Both the position numbers and the translations under genes were made by a program. From assembly GCF_964204645.1 (NCBI RefSeq), contig NC_134036.1:9465859-9529858 (forward strand): a stretch of 64,000 nucleotides of DNA, read 5' to 3'. The DNA comes from Tubulanus polymorphus. Taxonomy: Eukaryota > Animalia > Nemertea. Positions 13,277 to 26,200 of the stretch are shown here, piece by piece. The notes under the pieces were generated by a model. That model was not told where the DNA came from. It saw nothing but the letters and a program-made list of their open reading frames with translations, and ran no database searches. Position 1 is the stretch's first letter; every line of letters begins with the position of its first letter.

Positions 13277-14209
13277 CCTCTCACCTGGAGCCAAGTTGTA
13301 GACAAGTCCCCGCTCAGTGTCCCCAAGGAAGTCAGGTGCAGTCAACAATGTGTCACAAATGCCAGCTATATCTTCAGAATCATCCTTATTGTCGTTTAAA
13401 TATAGGTCAGGCTGACTGGTGTCTGTTACGCTTATATCTGTTTCTGTCTCGTTTGGAATGATATCCCATTCTCTATCATATTGAATACCCATAAGTTTAT
13501 AACAGTCTCGATTTGAACATAACCATTCGGCAGCTTTTCGTACACGCTCAGGCCGTACGTTCTCTGTGGCTTCTTCCGATCTATTTTTGAAGTTTTCTCT
13601 TGAGCTGTATTTTTATTGTAGCATCATCATGCTCCATCCTTGGTAATGATGTAACAGTCTGGACAATGTCTGCGGGTACATTCACAACATTACCTTTCAG
13701 CTTAAACTGACGACCACAAGATGCCTCTTGAATTTTCATGAATGGCAATCTAGGAGATACAAGTCGCAATTCAAGTGGCTTGAGATCCTTTAATTCATCA
13801 GGAATTGGTGGAAATTGTAACCCATTATTGATAGAGCATGGGGGTATTTTTCCAGCTGATATGTACTTAAAACATGTTAGACAAACCCATTCAATGCCCC
13901 CAACGCTTGTAATGCACTGTATACATATAATAACTGTATACATAGATCAGAGTTAATGTCTCTTAATGTTTTAGCCCTTTTAACAGAATGTTGATAATAC
14001 ATTTGATCACAAGATGAACAAATGTACAATGGACCATGTTTAATAGCATCATGATATCTTTCAATCAAAACTTGGGCAAAAACTTCACTACTGACTTCGA
14101 GAGAACATTCATTAAGTTCACCACATCCATCAAGAACAGGTTTATTTAAACATGGATTTAAAAATGAAACAAGTTCATCTGATACAGTTGATGGCTTCGC
14201 TGATATCAT
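13277..14209 (-). pseudogene. Helitron pre-Rep Cys-rich region (DUF6570-like)
   Basis: GPLYICSSC, WVCLTC..GKIPP....NGL.FPPIPDELKDL..LELRLVSPRLPFM, GNVVNVP, APGE. Confidence 0.8.
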
Positions 14210-15000
14210 TTTGGGGATGCATTATACATATGTTTGGAATCAGAATTTCTGGTCAAATGTAAATTCTCATAAGTAAAATATGAAGCTATGTTTTTTTGCA
14301 TCATATGTTCACACGTGTCAGATGATGTGTTTCCAGTATCCACAAGAAAACAAACTGGTGTTAATTCATAAAATTGATCGTGTAACTGTAGTGCTAAAGC
14401 CAACTGCTGCAAATATTTAGCAACATCATCCAAACTGAAAAATGTCAACATGACAGCTTTTCCATCTGAAATTGGCAAACCAGAGATATTTCTCGAATGA
14501 GAATCAAAGATATAATAGTTGTTATCTTTACAGCATATAGCTGATGTGTAGCCACCAACAACAGCATAATATCTAGCTTCTGAAAGGGAATTCTGGTTGA
14601 TGTTAAAAAGCTTGAGTCAGATTTTTCAAAGCAAGAGAGCAGAGCTGAATAAAGAGACACACATGGTGGATCTTGGATGACAACATTTGGAATGCCAAAA
14701 TAGGGTTGATCATGCGAAAATGTTAGTGTTCTCTTGTTAAGTGAGAAACTAGATGGTAGGTCTTCCACCGTAAGATATTGATGTACTGTACCAATGCATA
14801 AATTCTGATACACATTTGATCCTGAAATCAAAATATCATCCAAATCTTTTGTTTGTAATGAATTTGGTGCAGTGTCATTCACTGAGAGAATATATACATA
14901 ACAACACGCAACGCACTGCTTTCCAGCTGCATCAGAAAAAATATCTGATCCCTGGTGAACAGAAGCTTGAAGAATAGTATTGCTTCTCCTTTGCTTGTTC
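14206..15000 (-). pseudogene. Herpesvirus tegument-type (peptidase C76, BPLF1/UL36-like) deubiquitinase domain at the Helitron N-terminus, frameshifted
   Basis: ASVHQG..FSDAAGKQCVAC (catalytic Cys), LDDILISG..Y, and in the shifted frame YIFDSHSRN..G.P..DGKA (Asp-x-His) near 14460-14512. Confidence 0.75.
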
Positions 15001-15472
15001 CTTATTGGGAGATGAATTCTGAATAAGTAACGAAAATTGAACCGGTAAAGTCGAAAATCTGAATAAGGAACAAGGAACAAGTTACTTGTTCCTTATTGGG
15101 CGGTGAATTCTGAATAAGTAACGAAAATTGAACCGGTAAAGACGAAAATCTGAATAAGTAATAAGTAACAAGTTACTTGTTCCTTATTGGGAGATCAATT
15201 CTCAATAAGTAACGAAAATTGAACCGGTAAAGTCGAAAATCTGAATAAGGAACAAGTAACATGTTACTTGTTCCTTATTGGGAGATGAATTCTGAATAAG
15301 TAACAAGAAAATCTGAATAAGGAACAAGTAACATGTTACTTGTTCCTTATTGGGAGTTGAATTCTGAATAAGTAACAAGAAAATCTGAATAAGGAACAAG
15401 TAACATGTTACTTGTTCCTTATTGGGAGTTGAATTCTGAATAAGTAACGGAATAAGGAATAAGGAACAAGTA
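14995..15472. repeat. Tandem array (72-90 bp units) built on a 36-bp perfect palindrome
   Basis: AATAAGGAACAAGTAACA|TGTTACTTGTTCCTTATT occurs perfectly at 15244-15279, 15316-15351 and 15388-15423, with degenerate copies upstream. Confidence 0.93.
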
Positions 15473-17094
15473 ATGAACTTCACTGGGGTTAAATCGGATG
15501 ACATCTTTTGACAACTTTCCTACTTTTGAAGTGGGAACTGCATTGATACATCATGGCGGCCGCCGATACGTGCCACCACGTGAATCAATCAAGCATGCAA
15601 CGGCCGGCCCCCCTCATTCGACAGAGTTTCTCTGTTCATTACCAAACGGAAAAGGGAAGCAAATGTAGAAACTAGGCCTAGACATAAGTAGCGTGTCACA
15701 TAAGGCCTAATGAATATCATTCGAAGCCAAATTTAGCGGATATTTCTGTTCTTGCTCATTAATCCCCAACATCACTCACCTTTTTTTGACAATATGGCGC
15801 GTCCTGCTCACTGCGACTGCTTACTGTCGCAGATGAAGAATTTGTCATTGCGCACAAAATAGTTCCACGAAAACGTGGGACTAAAACAACCATAAATCAT
15901 GTCTGTTTGATACCATTTTTATTCTACTACGTGCATCTTAAAATATAACTCAATGGGAAGGGAACATTTCGTATTTCAATCCATTTTAGACCTTCAGAAA
16001 TCTTCTTACGTCATCATTGGCAGCATGTGATGTGCGATGTAATGAACGAGTGATGTCATGAAATCGATACGGGGGAATTTCTTCAAGAGGGCACAGCAAA
16101 AATTATGCCACCATTTTTGACCAGATTAAATCACAACCTGGAGACACCCTTTTTAAAGTAGAATTTGAAGAAACTTTTCACTAACTGACTTTAAAACAAC
16201 ATTAAACGTCTGTCAACCAAATCGGACGTGACGGTCGGAGGAATATTCCTCCCAAGGTCAATTTTCACAACAGCGGTCCTCTTAATTGGTGACACTCAAA
16301 GAACGCGCGGCTCAGATTTCTATTGTGCGCCTATCGCGCGCTGCGCGTGAATCACTTACGTAATCGTTTCTGTAAATGTGAAGACCTCGGGGCATTATGT
16401 TCTCTAAAGCCCAATATTATCCCAAATTCCGGACTGTTAATAGGTTGATTTTACGGCAGAGTCGACATGTTTCAACAATTTTTAACTGTTCGTTTATGAA
16501 TATTTGAGGACTTATGAACTAAAAATTAGTTAAATTTTTGATACATTTTGAGAAAGTCACAAAACAGTTGAGACTGCGTTAGTTTTGAGAGGGACAACTT
16601 TGTAAGAAACATTTCATTTAAAAGGATAAATAAACAATTATGCTGAGATAAGTATGTTAACCTGTTGAGTGTCAAAATCATCCGTTAGAAGTACTGAAAT
16701 ATTATGTAAAATCAGGTCAAAACATATATTTAGTGTGTTTACAACCTGTGTATTTGTAGATTTGAATCGCCGCTGTTTGTCAGATGCCATAGTGCTGTAC
16801 TGAAAATAAACTATGTATATACGTTAAGTTCATCTCGCTGGTCGTAGTTTATTTCGCTAGTCCTGTCCACAGCTCAGCATCAGGCGCATCCAAATAAGTT
16901 GAATTCCATTCTCACCAGTCCAGATAGAACTATTCAACTACAACTCCGTCTGAATATTTAATGTTTAACTTTTCCATATCATCATAGAATATTCTAGAAT
17001 ATTAAACACGATAAAGATATTGGAGGAAAACCCTCACACTATCAAGGAAATAGTGTAATAAAAATATTGAACTTACCCCACGACCGCGCGACCA

Positions 17095-17445
17095 CAACCC
17101 ATCCTCCCCCGGCAGGGATTCGAACCTGATGGCATCGAGATTGCCACGGCACGAAACCCAGCCATAATCGACCGTGTGCGCAGACACATGCGCAGTTCAG
17201 ATGATGGGATTTTTAGCCAATCAGAAATCCCGTTTTATTTTAGCCCGGGTTTTCCCATTTATAGTTCTTCCTTGAAATTTGCCTCAATGATTATACAACG
17301 AGCAATCTGATTGGTGCCGCCAGTTTTCGTTCGGAAAGCTGCGCATGTACCTGCGCACCCGGTCTACTGATGCAGCGGTTCGTGCCGTGGCTGAGTGTAG
17401 CGATGCCATCAGGTTCGAGTCCCTGCAGAGGGAAGATGCCACAAC
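17095..17445. repeat. Palindromic MITE-like element with tRNA-like (B-box) arms
   Basis: GCAGGGATTCGAACCTGATGGCATCG...GCCACGGCACGAA is mirrored by TTCGTGCCGTGGC...CGATGCCATCAGGTTCGAGTCCCTGC. Inner ACATGCGCAG and CCAATCAGA motifs are mirrored too. Confidence 0.65.
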
Positions 17446-18266
17446 CACGCTCGTCATTGTATGAGTGTACACACGCAGGCTTATGGCGAAATGAGTGTTA
17501 CAAATTGAACCAGAGAAATATAGAATACCCATATATAATACCCGTTATTGTAACGTTCATAGAATATGAAAGATGTCGGCAGAGTGAAGGACACGAAGTA
17601 CCTACCCTACCGGGGTTATATGAAACGCATTCGGTCGTGACAAGCATCCACAAGTTAAGGCTAGGCGCAAGATTAAACTATGGCTCCAAGGTCTTTTAGT
17701 TCTGGAGTGTTATACACATTAACGGTAATTGTATTTTACTGAAGTGTTACCGGAATATGCGGATTTAAGTTGTAAGAATCTAACTATGAATCAATGATTA
17801 ATGCTTGATTACATAACTTCATTTCTACAGCGGATTTTCAAACAGAAATATTTCTCGTCCATCTACAAAAAAAGCTTTGATAAACTTCTGTTTGTATTTG
17901 TGTGTTGCATACAAAAATGATCAACGAAAAGGAAAAGATTCAACATAGGTAGAAAGAAAATTAAGATTTTCCAAACTGTTTTATTATATATTTGTAGCTG
18001 TATAACAATCGAATTTAATTAACTGAATATCACACTGTTACCAGGCCACAGAAAATACGGTTTCAAGTTGTATGACTTCGTGGGGTGGGGGATAAGGGGG
18101 AAGGGGATTATATTTAATGATTAAAAGGCTGCGGTTCATAGTAACCATTTTACACTAATAGGTCCATTGAAACGATTTTCAAGGGCAGTGATTTCTTTAT
18201 CAATATCCAATTCTCAAACAAAATGTCCTACTGTAAATCGATGTGAATAAAATTTTAAATCAGTGG

Positions 18267-19175
18267 TTATTTGATTGAATTTCTACAGCAGATTTTCGTA
18301 CAGAAATATTCACGAATTTCTCGTCCAAGTAAAAGATATATGTAGAAATTTACCACATAGTTACACATTACGAATTGTGTGAAAATGTCATACAGAAATT
18401 CTTTCCGTTCCGTAAGGATTGGTAAAAATGCAGCAATAGTGGTTGGAAGTGTGAATATTGCAAATGCGAGTGAAACTGTTACAAGCATCATTGTTGTACG
18501 TTTCGATTTTGTAGTTTTCTTATCAGACGAAAGCATTTTTGTACCTCTGAATAACTGAATAATTATGATAGAATTTGATATTAGAATCAAACATAGATAA
18601 AGATTAGATAAAGGCAAAACAAAAGCGTAGACACCAAGCGGAGTAAGAAATTTTATTTGGACAATCAATTCATAGTAACATCCGAAAAACTGGTCGGAAA
18701 AATGTATCGACAAAACAGCGGGAATTTGATCCAGTCCAGTCACTGAAGTTATTATCAATATAGCAAATCTAGCGAATCTAGGTGTACATATCAAACGCGA
18801 ACAGAACGGAAAGAGAACAACTGCCGCACGTTCTAGAGCTATAGCTACCTATAACCAGGAACTGCTAGAATTGGCACCTGCCATCAATATTTCATATATC
18901 TTACAACTGATCAGTGAATTCATGATGAATATAAGACTAGTGTTTAGATTCAAGAGAACAAACTGTAAAAAAGGCATCAGTGTAAAATGTATACAGAACA
19001 GGAAATCACAGACTGATAAAATGACAAGATAGTTAGTGTAAGATAAACTGCGGAATCTGCGACTTGTCATTATGAGAAAAGTAGCTGAATTTCCAAAGAC
19101 TCCAAACAGAAACACGATAGGCAGAATGACCAAGGACACAGTACGGTACGTTCCAGACCTGTTCTGCACCGACAT
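18267..19175 (-). pseudogene. Single-exon class A (rhodopsin-like) GPCR, peptide-receptor-like; frameshift near 18850
   Basis: GN in TM1, LSVCD in TM2, SSSWL..A.ALER..VV.FP in TM3, NFYIY in TM7. Split into ORFs 18849-19175 and 18267-18794. Paralog of 48087-49034. Confidence 0.88.
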
Positions 19176-19470
19176 TAGAACGACGTAACTGCTATACGTT
19201 CGACCAATTCGAATCTAAGTTGAATTCATGATTCACGAGAATTAACTCAGTTCGGTATGCTCCGACCTGTTCACTACACGCATTATAGCAATGTAACTGT
19301 TTAACTGCATCTGAGTTGAATTCATGATTCGATTAAGTGTCAGAGGTGTGTGCACTGATTGTATCAATAGACCGACGATAAGTGCAAGCCATGACGTATA
19401 TTCATTTACGCACACAATTTATTGTTCGCAACAAATGAAAAACAAATTCTCAGAAATCTGACTGAAATTA

Positions 19471-19960
19471 TTAACCCGTTAGCACTCAAACCACCCGAAT
19501 TTGCCCGGCACTTTTTTCGTATGTTGCACGAAAACGGTTATAGTGGGACTCGAGCCCAAAAGCTTATGATAAACTAGACATCTAAGTTCTTGAAATACCG
19601 AACAACTGAAGATAATTTATTACATGGTTCTGGAAAAAATTACAAAATACAAAAGATAGAACCTCAAAGCACCCGAATTTGCCCGGCACTTTTTTCGTAT
19701 GCTTCATGAAAACGGTTATAGTGCGACTCGAGCCCAATAGCTTATGATCAACTAGACACCTAAGTTCTTGAAATACCGATCGGAAATCAACATCCTCCTA
19801 TTTCAATTTCTCGAGTATTTCAAATTTGAACATGACACATCTGAGCGCTCACTTCGAAATAGAACTCTGCTCTTTCAACACTGCGGACCTTGTTGTAGAA
19901 AGAAGTGACATTCTTTTAAGTCTGATTTCCCACTCAACTTTTGGCAAGAAGCAGCAGAAA
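19471..19960. mobile_element. Non-autonomous DNA-transposon fragment upstream of the GPCR (possible piggyBac-like TTAA-CCC end)
   Basis: Starts TTAACCCGTT and has an internal ~110-bp direct repeat (~19493-19600 / ~19670-19780). Related sequence lies at ~49300-49540 and ~55040-55520. No second terminus found. Confidence 0.35.
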
Positions 19961-22900
19961 TTGGAAAAAAGCGTTTTCATACTAGAGTACGAGAGTACGA
20001 CAAATCACTCATCACCACTAGTAAATTTTTTCCCTTATAAATGGGAGACTGTGAGTACAGGACAGAAAAATTGATGCTAATAAAAATCAATATTATTGTC
20101 CATATTGTAAAAAGTACATCGAACACATTATTATTCAAAAATGGAATTATTAAATTCGTGGAATCAGTTCTAAAGTTGAAAAAAGAAATACGGTTATGAT
20201 TGGGCCGGGATAAAGACAAAGCAATCAGTAACCTGGCAGACTAGGTTGAGGCAAATGTATGATTCATCAGTGGAACACTGACCGAGGCTACAATATTGTA
20301 ACCTAGGTCGGTTGACTTGCGCGGTTTATCTGCATACACTGACCGAGGCTACAATATTGTAACCTAGGTCGGTTTACTGCATTATATTTGCAGTATTCAC
20401 TCATCCAAGATTAAGATCAGTCAGTTAACTTGATCAGTTTTGGAAGTTATTGCTGGTCCGATATCAGTCGGTTGATTTGTAGTTTTGACTAACGAGGAAT
20501 CCAAAAGTGTTTCAGTCAAACGTCTCCTATCATTGAGGAATGACTTGAAAAGTTAGGAATGTACATCGTACACATTCCAAATTAAGGGTTTAAAAGAAGT
20601 TTAAGTGAGAGCCTTATACTTATATTGCGCAATTGCCATGATTGATACGAAAACGTTTCTAGAATCGGATGACAATTTATATAGAATTGGAGTCAGATGT
20701 GCATTGTTTTGGGGATGTTCGAACTTCGCTGAATCACTGAATCGTTGATTATTATATTAATTTCGCTGATTTGAATTTACGCGGAATCCATGCACATTTT
20801 ACATATTCTAAAGAAAATGTTTCATTAGACCGATTCATTGATAAATTTCGTTACATATATTCTATTAAAATTCAGTTGGATTACGGTAACGAATGTATTT
20901 TGCGGAGAGCGGTAACGGCTTTCGGCTTACGTCATCGGTACTTCGATGTAGTCTCACGGCTTTAATAGTGATTCGCCCTGGGGATCCGAGTTTCAGATAT
21001 GACGGAAAAATATAAAAAAAATCGTGACGATTGTAAGTTGAGGCAACGATTGAAATGAAATCATTTGACTGCTGGATGTAATCACAAATAACAAATAAAT
21101 GACGCCGAAATAGTCTACCTTTCAATTCAGTTGGTTTTCCACAGTAGCTGTTTGAAAGAGTCTACTGCTGAAAAGTGACTGTTGTAAAACATCTGATGTG
21201 GTAGTGTGCTAGCATTTTGATAGTGCACACTGGCAGTAGATGTGACTGTAACCAACCGATTGTAAACAGCGACTTAGTGATAGTAACTCCTACCACAATA
21301 GCTACTCTCAAAACACATCGTTTCTAAAAGTCAACTAGTGAAAAATTTACCATTTTGAGATGGCACAGTAATTTCTTGTTCAAAATAGGCACATCTGTTA
21401 AAGATTTGCAGTGATACGTGACAGGGTCAAAGGTACTGTTAAACCCCATATGCTTTGTATACAGAACTCTGTATGCTTTGAATACAGTTCTGTCAATAGA
21501 AATCCTAGATTCTGAGTTGCTAAGAACCCCCTAAATTATATCACGCTCAACAAAATGGGAATAACCAATAGGAAAACTATTGATTTATATACTATGATTA
21601 TGGATTCAATCCGTTAAAACAAGTATTGTGCCAGATCTAATTTAGAATTTTATGATTTTTGTTTTATATTTGCGATAATAAAACATGCTGGTGCATTCAT
21701 ACTGTCATAAATCTTTGATTCTGTAGAAATAAATTTGTCTTTTTTGAATTTGGCTTCATTTGTCTTCAAGGATATATGAGAGACGAAAATACAAATAAAA
21801 TCATATGTTCATGAAATGGATTATGTCTTTAGATCTCTTTACTTGGATGAAAGACTACAAAAAAATTTCCCCAAAAATGTATCTAAAATACTTACAATTT
21901 ACCTACAATTATTGTTTATTTCGATACAATCAATTTTTAAGTAATCCATGTGATGTTCACTTTGTCACGCTGTTCTCTGCTTGTTCGTTTATGAATATTG
22001 AACCCTTTAATGCTTGTTAGAATTGATACCTTAACCGAAATGTCATTTCATAGTTATACAGTTTGGTTGAAATGATATCACAACTTCTAATAAGATCAAA
22101 ATAATAGTGCATTATATTATAATCTAATACGCATTACTCACTGAGGGTATGCTAGTGAGAATAAGCCTAACAATTATCATTATTGATTGAATAAATACTG
22201 AAATAAATTCAGTTGAGATGTTCACGTAGTTTTGAAATCATTTATTCCAATTTGATAAAAAAACCTCTTCTGGTCTAAGTAAAAGAATGCAAGGCTGAAA
22301 TTTCAGTTTCACATGCTTTCCTACTTTGTTGAGTAAATTGTTTGTATAGGTTATCAAAAGCCCAGCAGCAGCTATCAGTCAACAGGTGAATTACACTGGC
22401 TAACTAGACAGTGATTGATGAACGAATAAACAAACTGCACTGACCGCCAACAATAATGACCTCTTAATAGTAATAAACTTAGCACCTCAAAACTCTATTT
22501 GAAGATGCCAATGGAATAAAATGCCAATGAATCGCTGAATTTCAAGGTACTTTATCAGTTGTTTTCCAATATAACTCATTTTCTCAAATTATCGTAGAAT
22601 AAAAACTACTTTTATATCAGTGGCACCATATTCTACGACAAAAAGGCATTCATGGTAAGAATAACGTTACCAATTCGTTAGATTGGAAGTGAATGCAGGC
22701 TAGGACCAACAAAGGTGCCGATTTAAGATGCCGATATACAGAGAATCTCTCCCGTAGCGACTGACACGGTTGCATATACCTTCCGTGGCGACAAGTAATA
22801 ATTTTCTATGTAAACGACTACATGACCCGAAGTAGTCGAATAGAACACTAATCCGATAAATGAAGAAATTCTGCAATAAAATTTTATACGATGACATTTA

Positions 22901-24840
22901 ATTATCAAAATTAAACCGCAACTACGTTCGGATTTTCAGTAACTGCCATCTGACTTAAAGCTCAAATCACTGGAATCACAGCCAAAACGTTGCGGTTTCA
23001 TCTCAACACATGTTATCATATTAAGAGTTCTATTACGGTATTTCTTCATTCATGACCTCAAGGTGAAGATCACCAAAGGCCGTTACCGTAACCCAAATGA
23101 AATCTTGAATACTATACGAAATTTCTTATTTCTATTAAATTCGGCCTCAGTTCGGAAGATTTCTTTAGAATGCATTGATAGATCCACATAAATCTATTAT
23201 AGATACAGCATATTTTATTTTTTTCAAATCAACATTTCAGCGAAATTAATATAAAATCATGGGAGGTTCGAACACTCCAAAATGCACATCTAAATTTATG
23301 ATGCAAAGACATCCAGACCCCCGTTGAAAATAAACCACCATTTCAATAATGAGAGGTTAGCCTGCATTTATGATTACGCTTCTAATAGAAATAAAATCAA
23401 AATATGAATGCAGACATGCTTGAAAATAGCTGCATTTGTTAAAATCGAATTCTGCATTAAACTAATATCGCCATAAAAAGAAGGAAATTTCGATTCATCG
23501 TAAAACTCCATAACCAATGACAAGTTGTAAACTTATTTACTCCAATCTCGATTTTTATTGGTTAGACTATCTTCAGAGCTTAACTGAGACACTCAAAATA
23601 CAACTATATCCCAAACTATAGCGTGGGTATAGAATTTTCCACTAGTTTCTCAATGTGTTCATGTTGTCACGTATCACCGACATGGGGTCAGGCCCTCATC
23701 CATTTTTCTGACGCTTGAACATCATTTTTTTCATCGCCTGCTGTTAAAGGATACCAGTGTAAAACCGTTATTGTCGTATTTCTGCATAGCGTTACATTCT
23801 GAAATTCTTCAACAGTTCGTGGGCTTAGATAGATTTTAACCTTCATTTTATACATCAGATAATCGTTATTATCCTTTTTACATAAAACATGCCTGAAATT
23901 GTGAGCATATACCATTCCTAATTTCAACTAAGAAAGTGCTCAGAAAGCGCCTAAACGCATCTCATTCTTCAAAGACCACACCCCTTTTGTGCCTTATGCA
24001 CCTGTGGCCCTTTCTCCAAAAGCTAGATTCTGGAACATTTTACTGAATTACTCAATGGCATTTATTTCAAGTCTGCCCCCCCCGCGATCATGCCACTCTC
24101 CAAAAGCGTCTTCTTTTCAGTTTGGATTCGCTTGCCAGATTCCCTGTTATAAATAGCGACATATGCTTCAGATTTGCAGTGATACGTGGCAATATAAACA
24201 GCGTATAAACAGTAGTGCAAAACTGTATGCAAACGCTATAGTTTTCAGGGCAGTTAAAATATTCTGAATATGCTCTTTGAGGATGTGAAATATATGAGCG
24301 ATAAAACTCTAACCGATAACCATCGAGCTAAATCTGTTTGTATAATGTGATAAGTTTTGAAGTTTTAAGATTAATCGAAATTGCCTTTATTTCATGGCAA
24401 TAATTTAATGAAAATTCAATTGGAAGATTAAATGCAGCTTTTTCAAGTATAGGTCAACATGATTTTTGTCATTAAAATGGTTTATTTTCGGAAAAATACC
24501 CCAGTAAATATCCCCCCGGTAAAAATCTCCTCTAGGTAAATGTCCCCCTTTGCTAACAGCAACATTTAATAAAATACTTCAATATTCTGATTTTGAAAAG
24601 CTTAAATCGTTTCAAAAATTTCAAATTTTCCGTGTTGTCTTTCCAAATATTCATCTTGAATAATCTGTGACTTTTACTAAGCTGCGTACCTACATATAAG
24701 ATGACATAATTCGTGACTTTTAGCAAGCAACATGCGTAAAAAATGATGATATTATCAGATGTAAGATAAAACCCACTATTTAAAAATCAAAAGAAATCTA
24801 AAATCGAGAATTATTTATTGAAATAATCTAAAATGTAAGA

Positions 24841-24884
24841 ACATGGCGTTTCGATCTCACACTAGAGATCATCGTCAGGTGTGA
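24841..24884 (-). ncRNA. Decayed minimal type I hammerhead ribozyme of the Penelope pLTR
   Basis: Minus strand reads ACAC-CUGACGA-UGAUCUC-uagugu-GAGAUC-GAAA-CGCCAUGU. Core boxes and stem II are intact. The cleavage triplet differs from CGUC-GUGU seen in the copy at 63585-63618. Confidence 0.65.
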
Positions 24885-26200
24885 GACTAAAAACAAGGGT
24901 ATATAAAAAGAGGAGAACAGGTTAATTGAGTAAATTGGTGAGTGAGTAACTAATGGCAAGGCATGAAGTAATATACTTAGAAAGAAGGGAATTGTGAGGA
25001 GAAAAGCCATTATTTAAAATTGGTACTAATATCTGAGTGACGAGTAATTAGGGCAGACTCAACTGTGTGGCGTTTAGTGTAATTGCTGGAAGTATAAATA
25101 GTTTCGGCTTTATCAAAATTAAAACGATGACCAGTGTTCCAAACATGATTGGCTACACCACTAGCCGGTTTTTGATTTATTATATCCTTTTTGTGTTCCG
25201 AAATTCGAGTTTTTAAATCACGACCAGTTTCTCCAAAGTACATTTTATCACAGCCAAAACGAGGAATTTTGTAAACTCCGCAGTCCAAAGGTTTAGATTG
25301 ATTATTTTTTACCAAAGTCTTGCTAATTTTGTTTTCATACGTGAAAATGATTTGTCTATCCAATAAAGGGAGAGAGTGACGAAACTTTTCCAAAACAGGT
25401 ACATACGGAACTAAAATGAATTCTGAAATGTGTTTGTCTATTTTCTGGAGGTTTAGAATTAAAGAGAGTACGTTTAGCCTTAGAAATAGCGATTTTCAAA
25501 ATGTGATCAGGATAGGCCAATTTTCTAAGAGAGTTGGATATGTGGTCAAATTCAGCCGAAAGGAAGGTTCATCGCAAATCCGCAGTGCACGGAGAAAGAG
25601 GCCTTGAAAAAAACAAATGAGAGTATTTATTGTGAATTAGAACATCTAAAAACGGGATTTGGTAATTTTGTTCCCATTCAAATGTGAATTTCAAAGATGG
25701 ATATTGAGAGTTGATGAAGTCAATAAAAGAGTTAAGATCAAAATCATCAGAAACTAAAGCACAGAATGTCATCAACACATCCAATCCAAAAGTTAGGTTT
25801 AGAGCCAGCTTAATTTCGGAAGAATTTCGCATTCAAAATGTTCAAGGAAAAGATTAGCCAAAATGGGGGATAATGGGTTGCCCATAGCGAAACCGAAAAT
25901 TTGTTCATAGATTTTGTCTTGGGTTTGGAATTATATATTGGTTGTACAGAGCTCCAAAAGTTCAAGTAAGCAATCTACAGGAACCGGGAGATCAAGATTG
26001 GAGTCCGGGAGTTTTCTTCTTAATAAATTGAGAGTTGGTTCCAATGGTATATTTGTGAACAAGGATATAGCGTAGAAACATATAAATTTTTGGCCATTAG
26101 GTTTGAGATTTTTGAGTTAGTCTAGAAGATCCATATTGTGCCGAATGTGAGAATCAGAATAAGTACCCAGAGCCGGGGAGTACTTTAGCCAGATATTTGG
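24841..26200 (-). mobile_element. Penelope-like retroelement remnant (reverse transcriptase, GIY-YIG endonuclease, pseudo-LTR)
   Basis: RT motifs SLFTNIP, QIFGFAMGNPLSPILANLFLEHFE and FTFEWE...IPFLDV. GIY-YIG motif CGVYKIP..GCDKMYFGETGRDLKTRISEHK in ORF 25010-25393. Frameshifted. Confidence 0.9.

Larger units (their letters stand above)
6993..15000 (-). mobile_element. Decayed autonomous Helitron/Helentron-type rolling-circle transposon (C76-like peptidase, Cys-rich region, HUH Rep, Pif1 helicase)
   Basis: Collinear minus-strand fragments with Rep and superfamily-1B helicase motifs, multiple frameshifts and stops, interrupted by an LTR insertion at 10653-13276. Confidence 0.92.

Noticed and set aside
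15202-15504. 100-aa repetitive ORF, or a CRISPR-like palindromic array
   Set aside because: The ORF is a by-product of the 72-bp tandem repeat, and there are no unique spacers.
17375-17432. tRNA gene
   Set aside because: It has a B box and T-arm but no complete cloverleaf, and it is an arm of a repeat.
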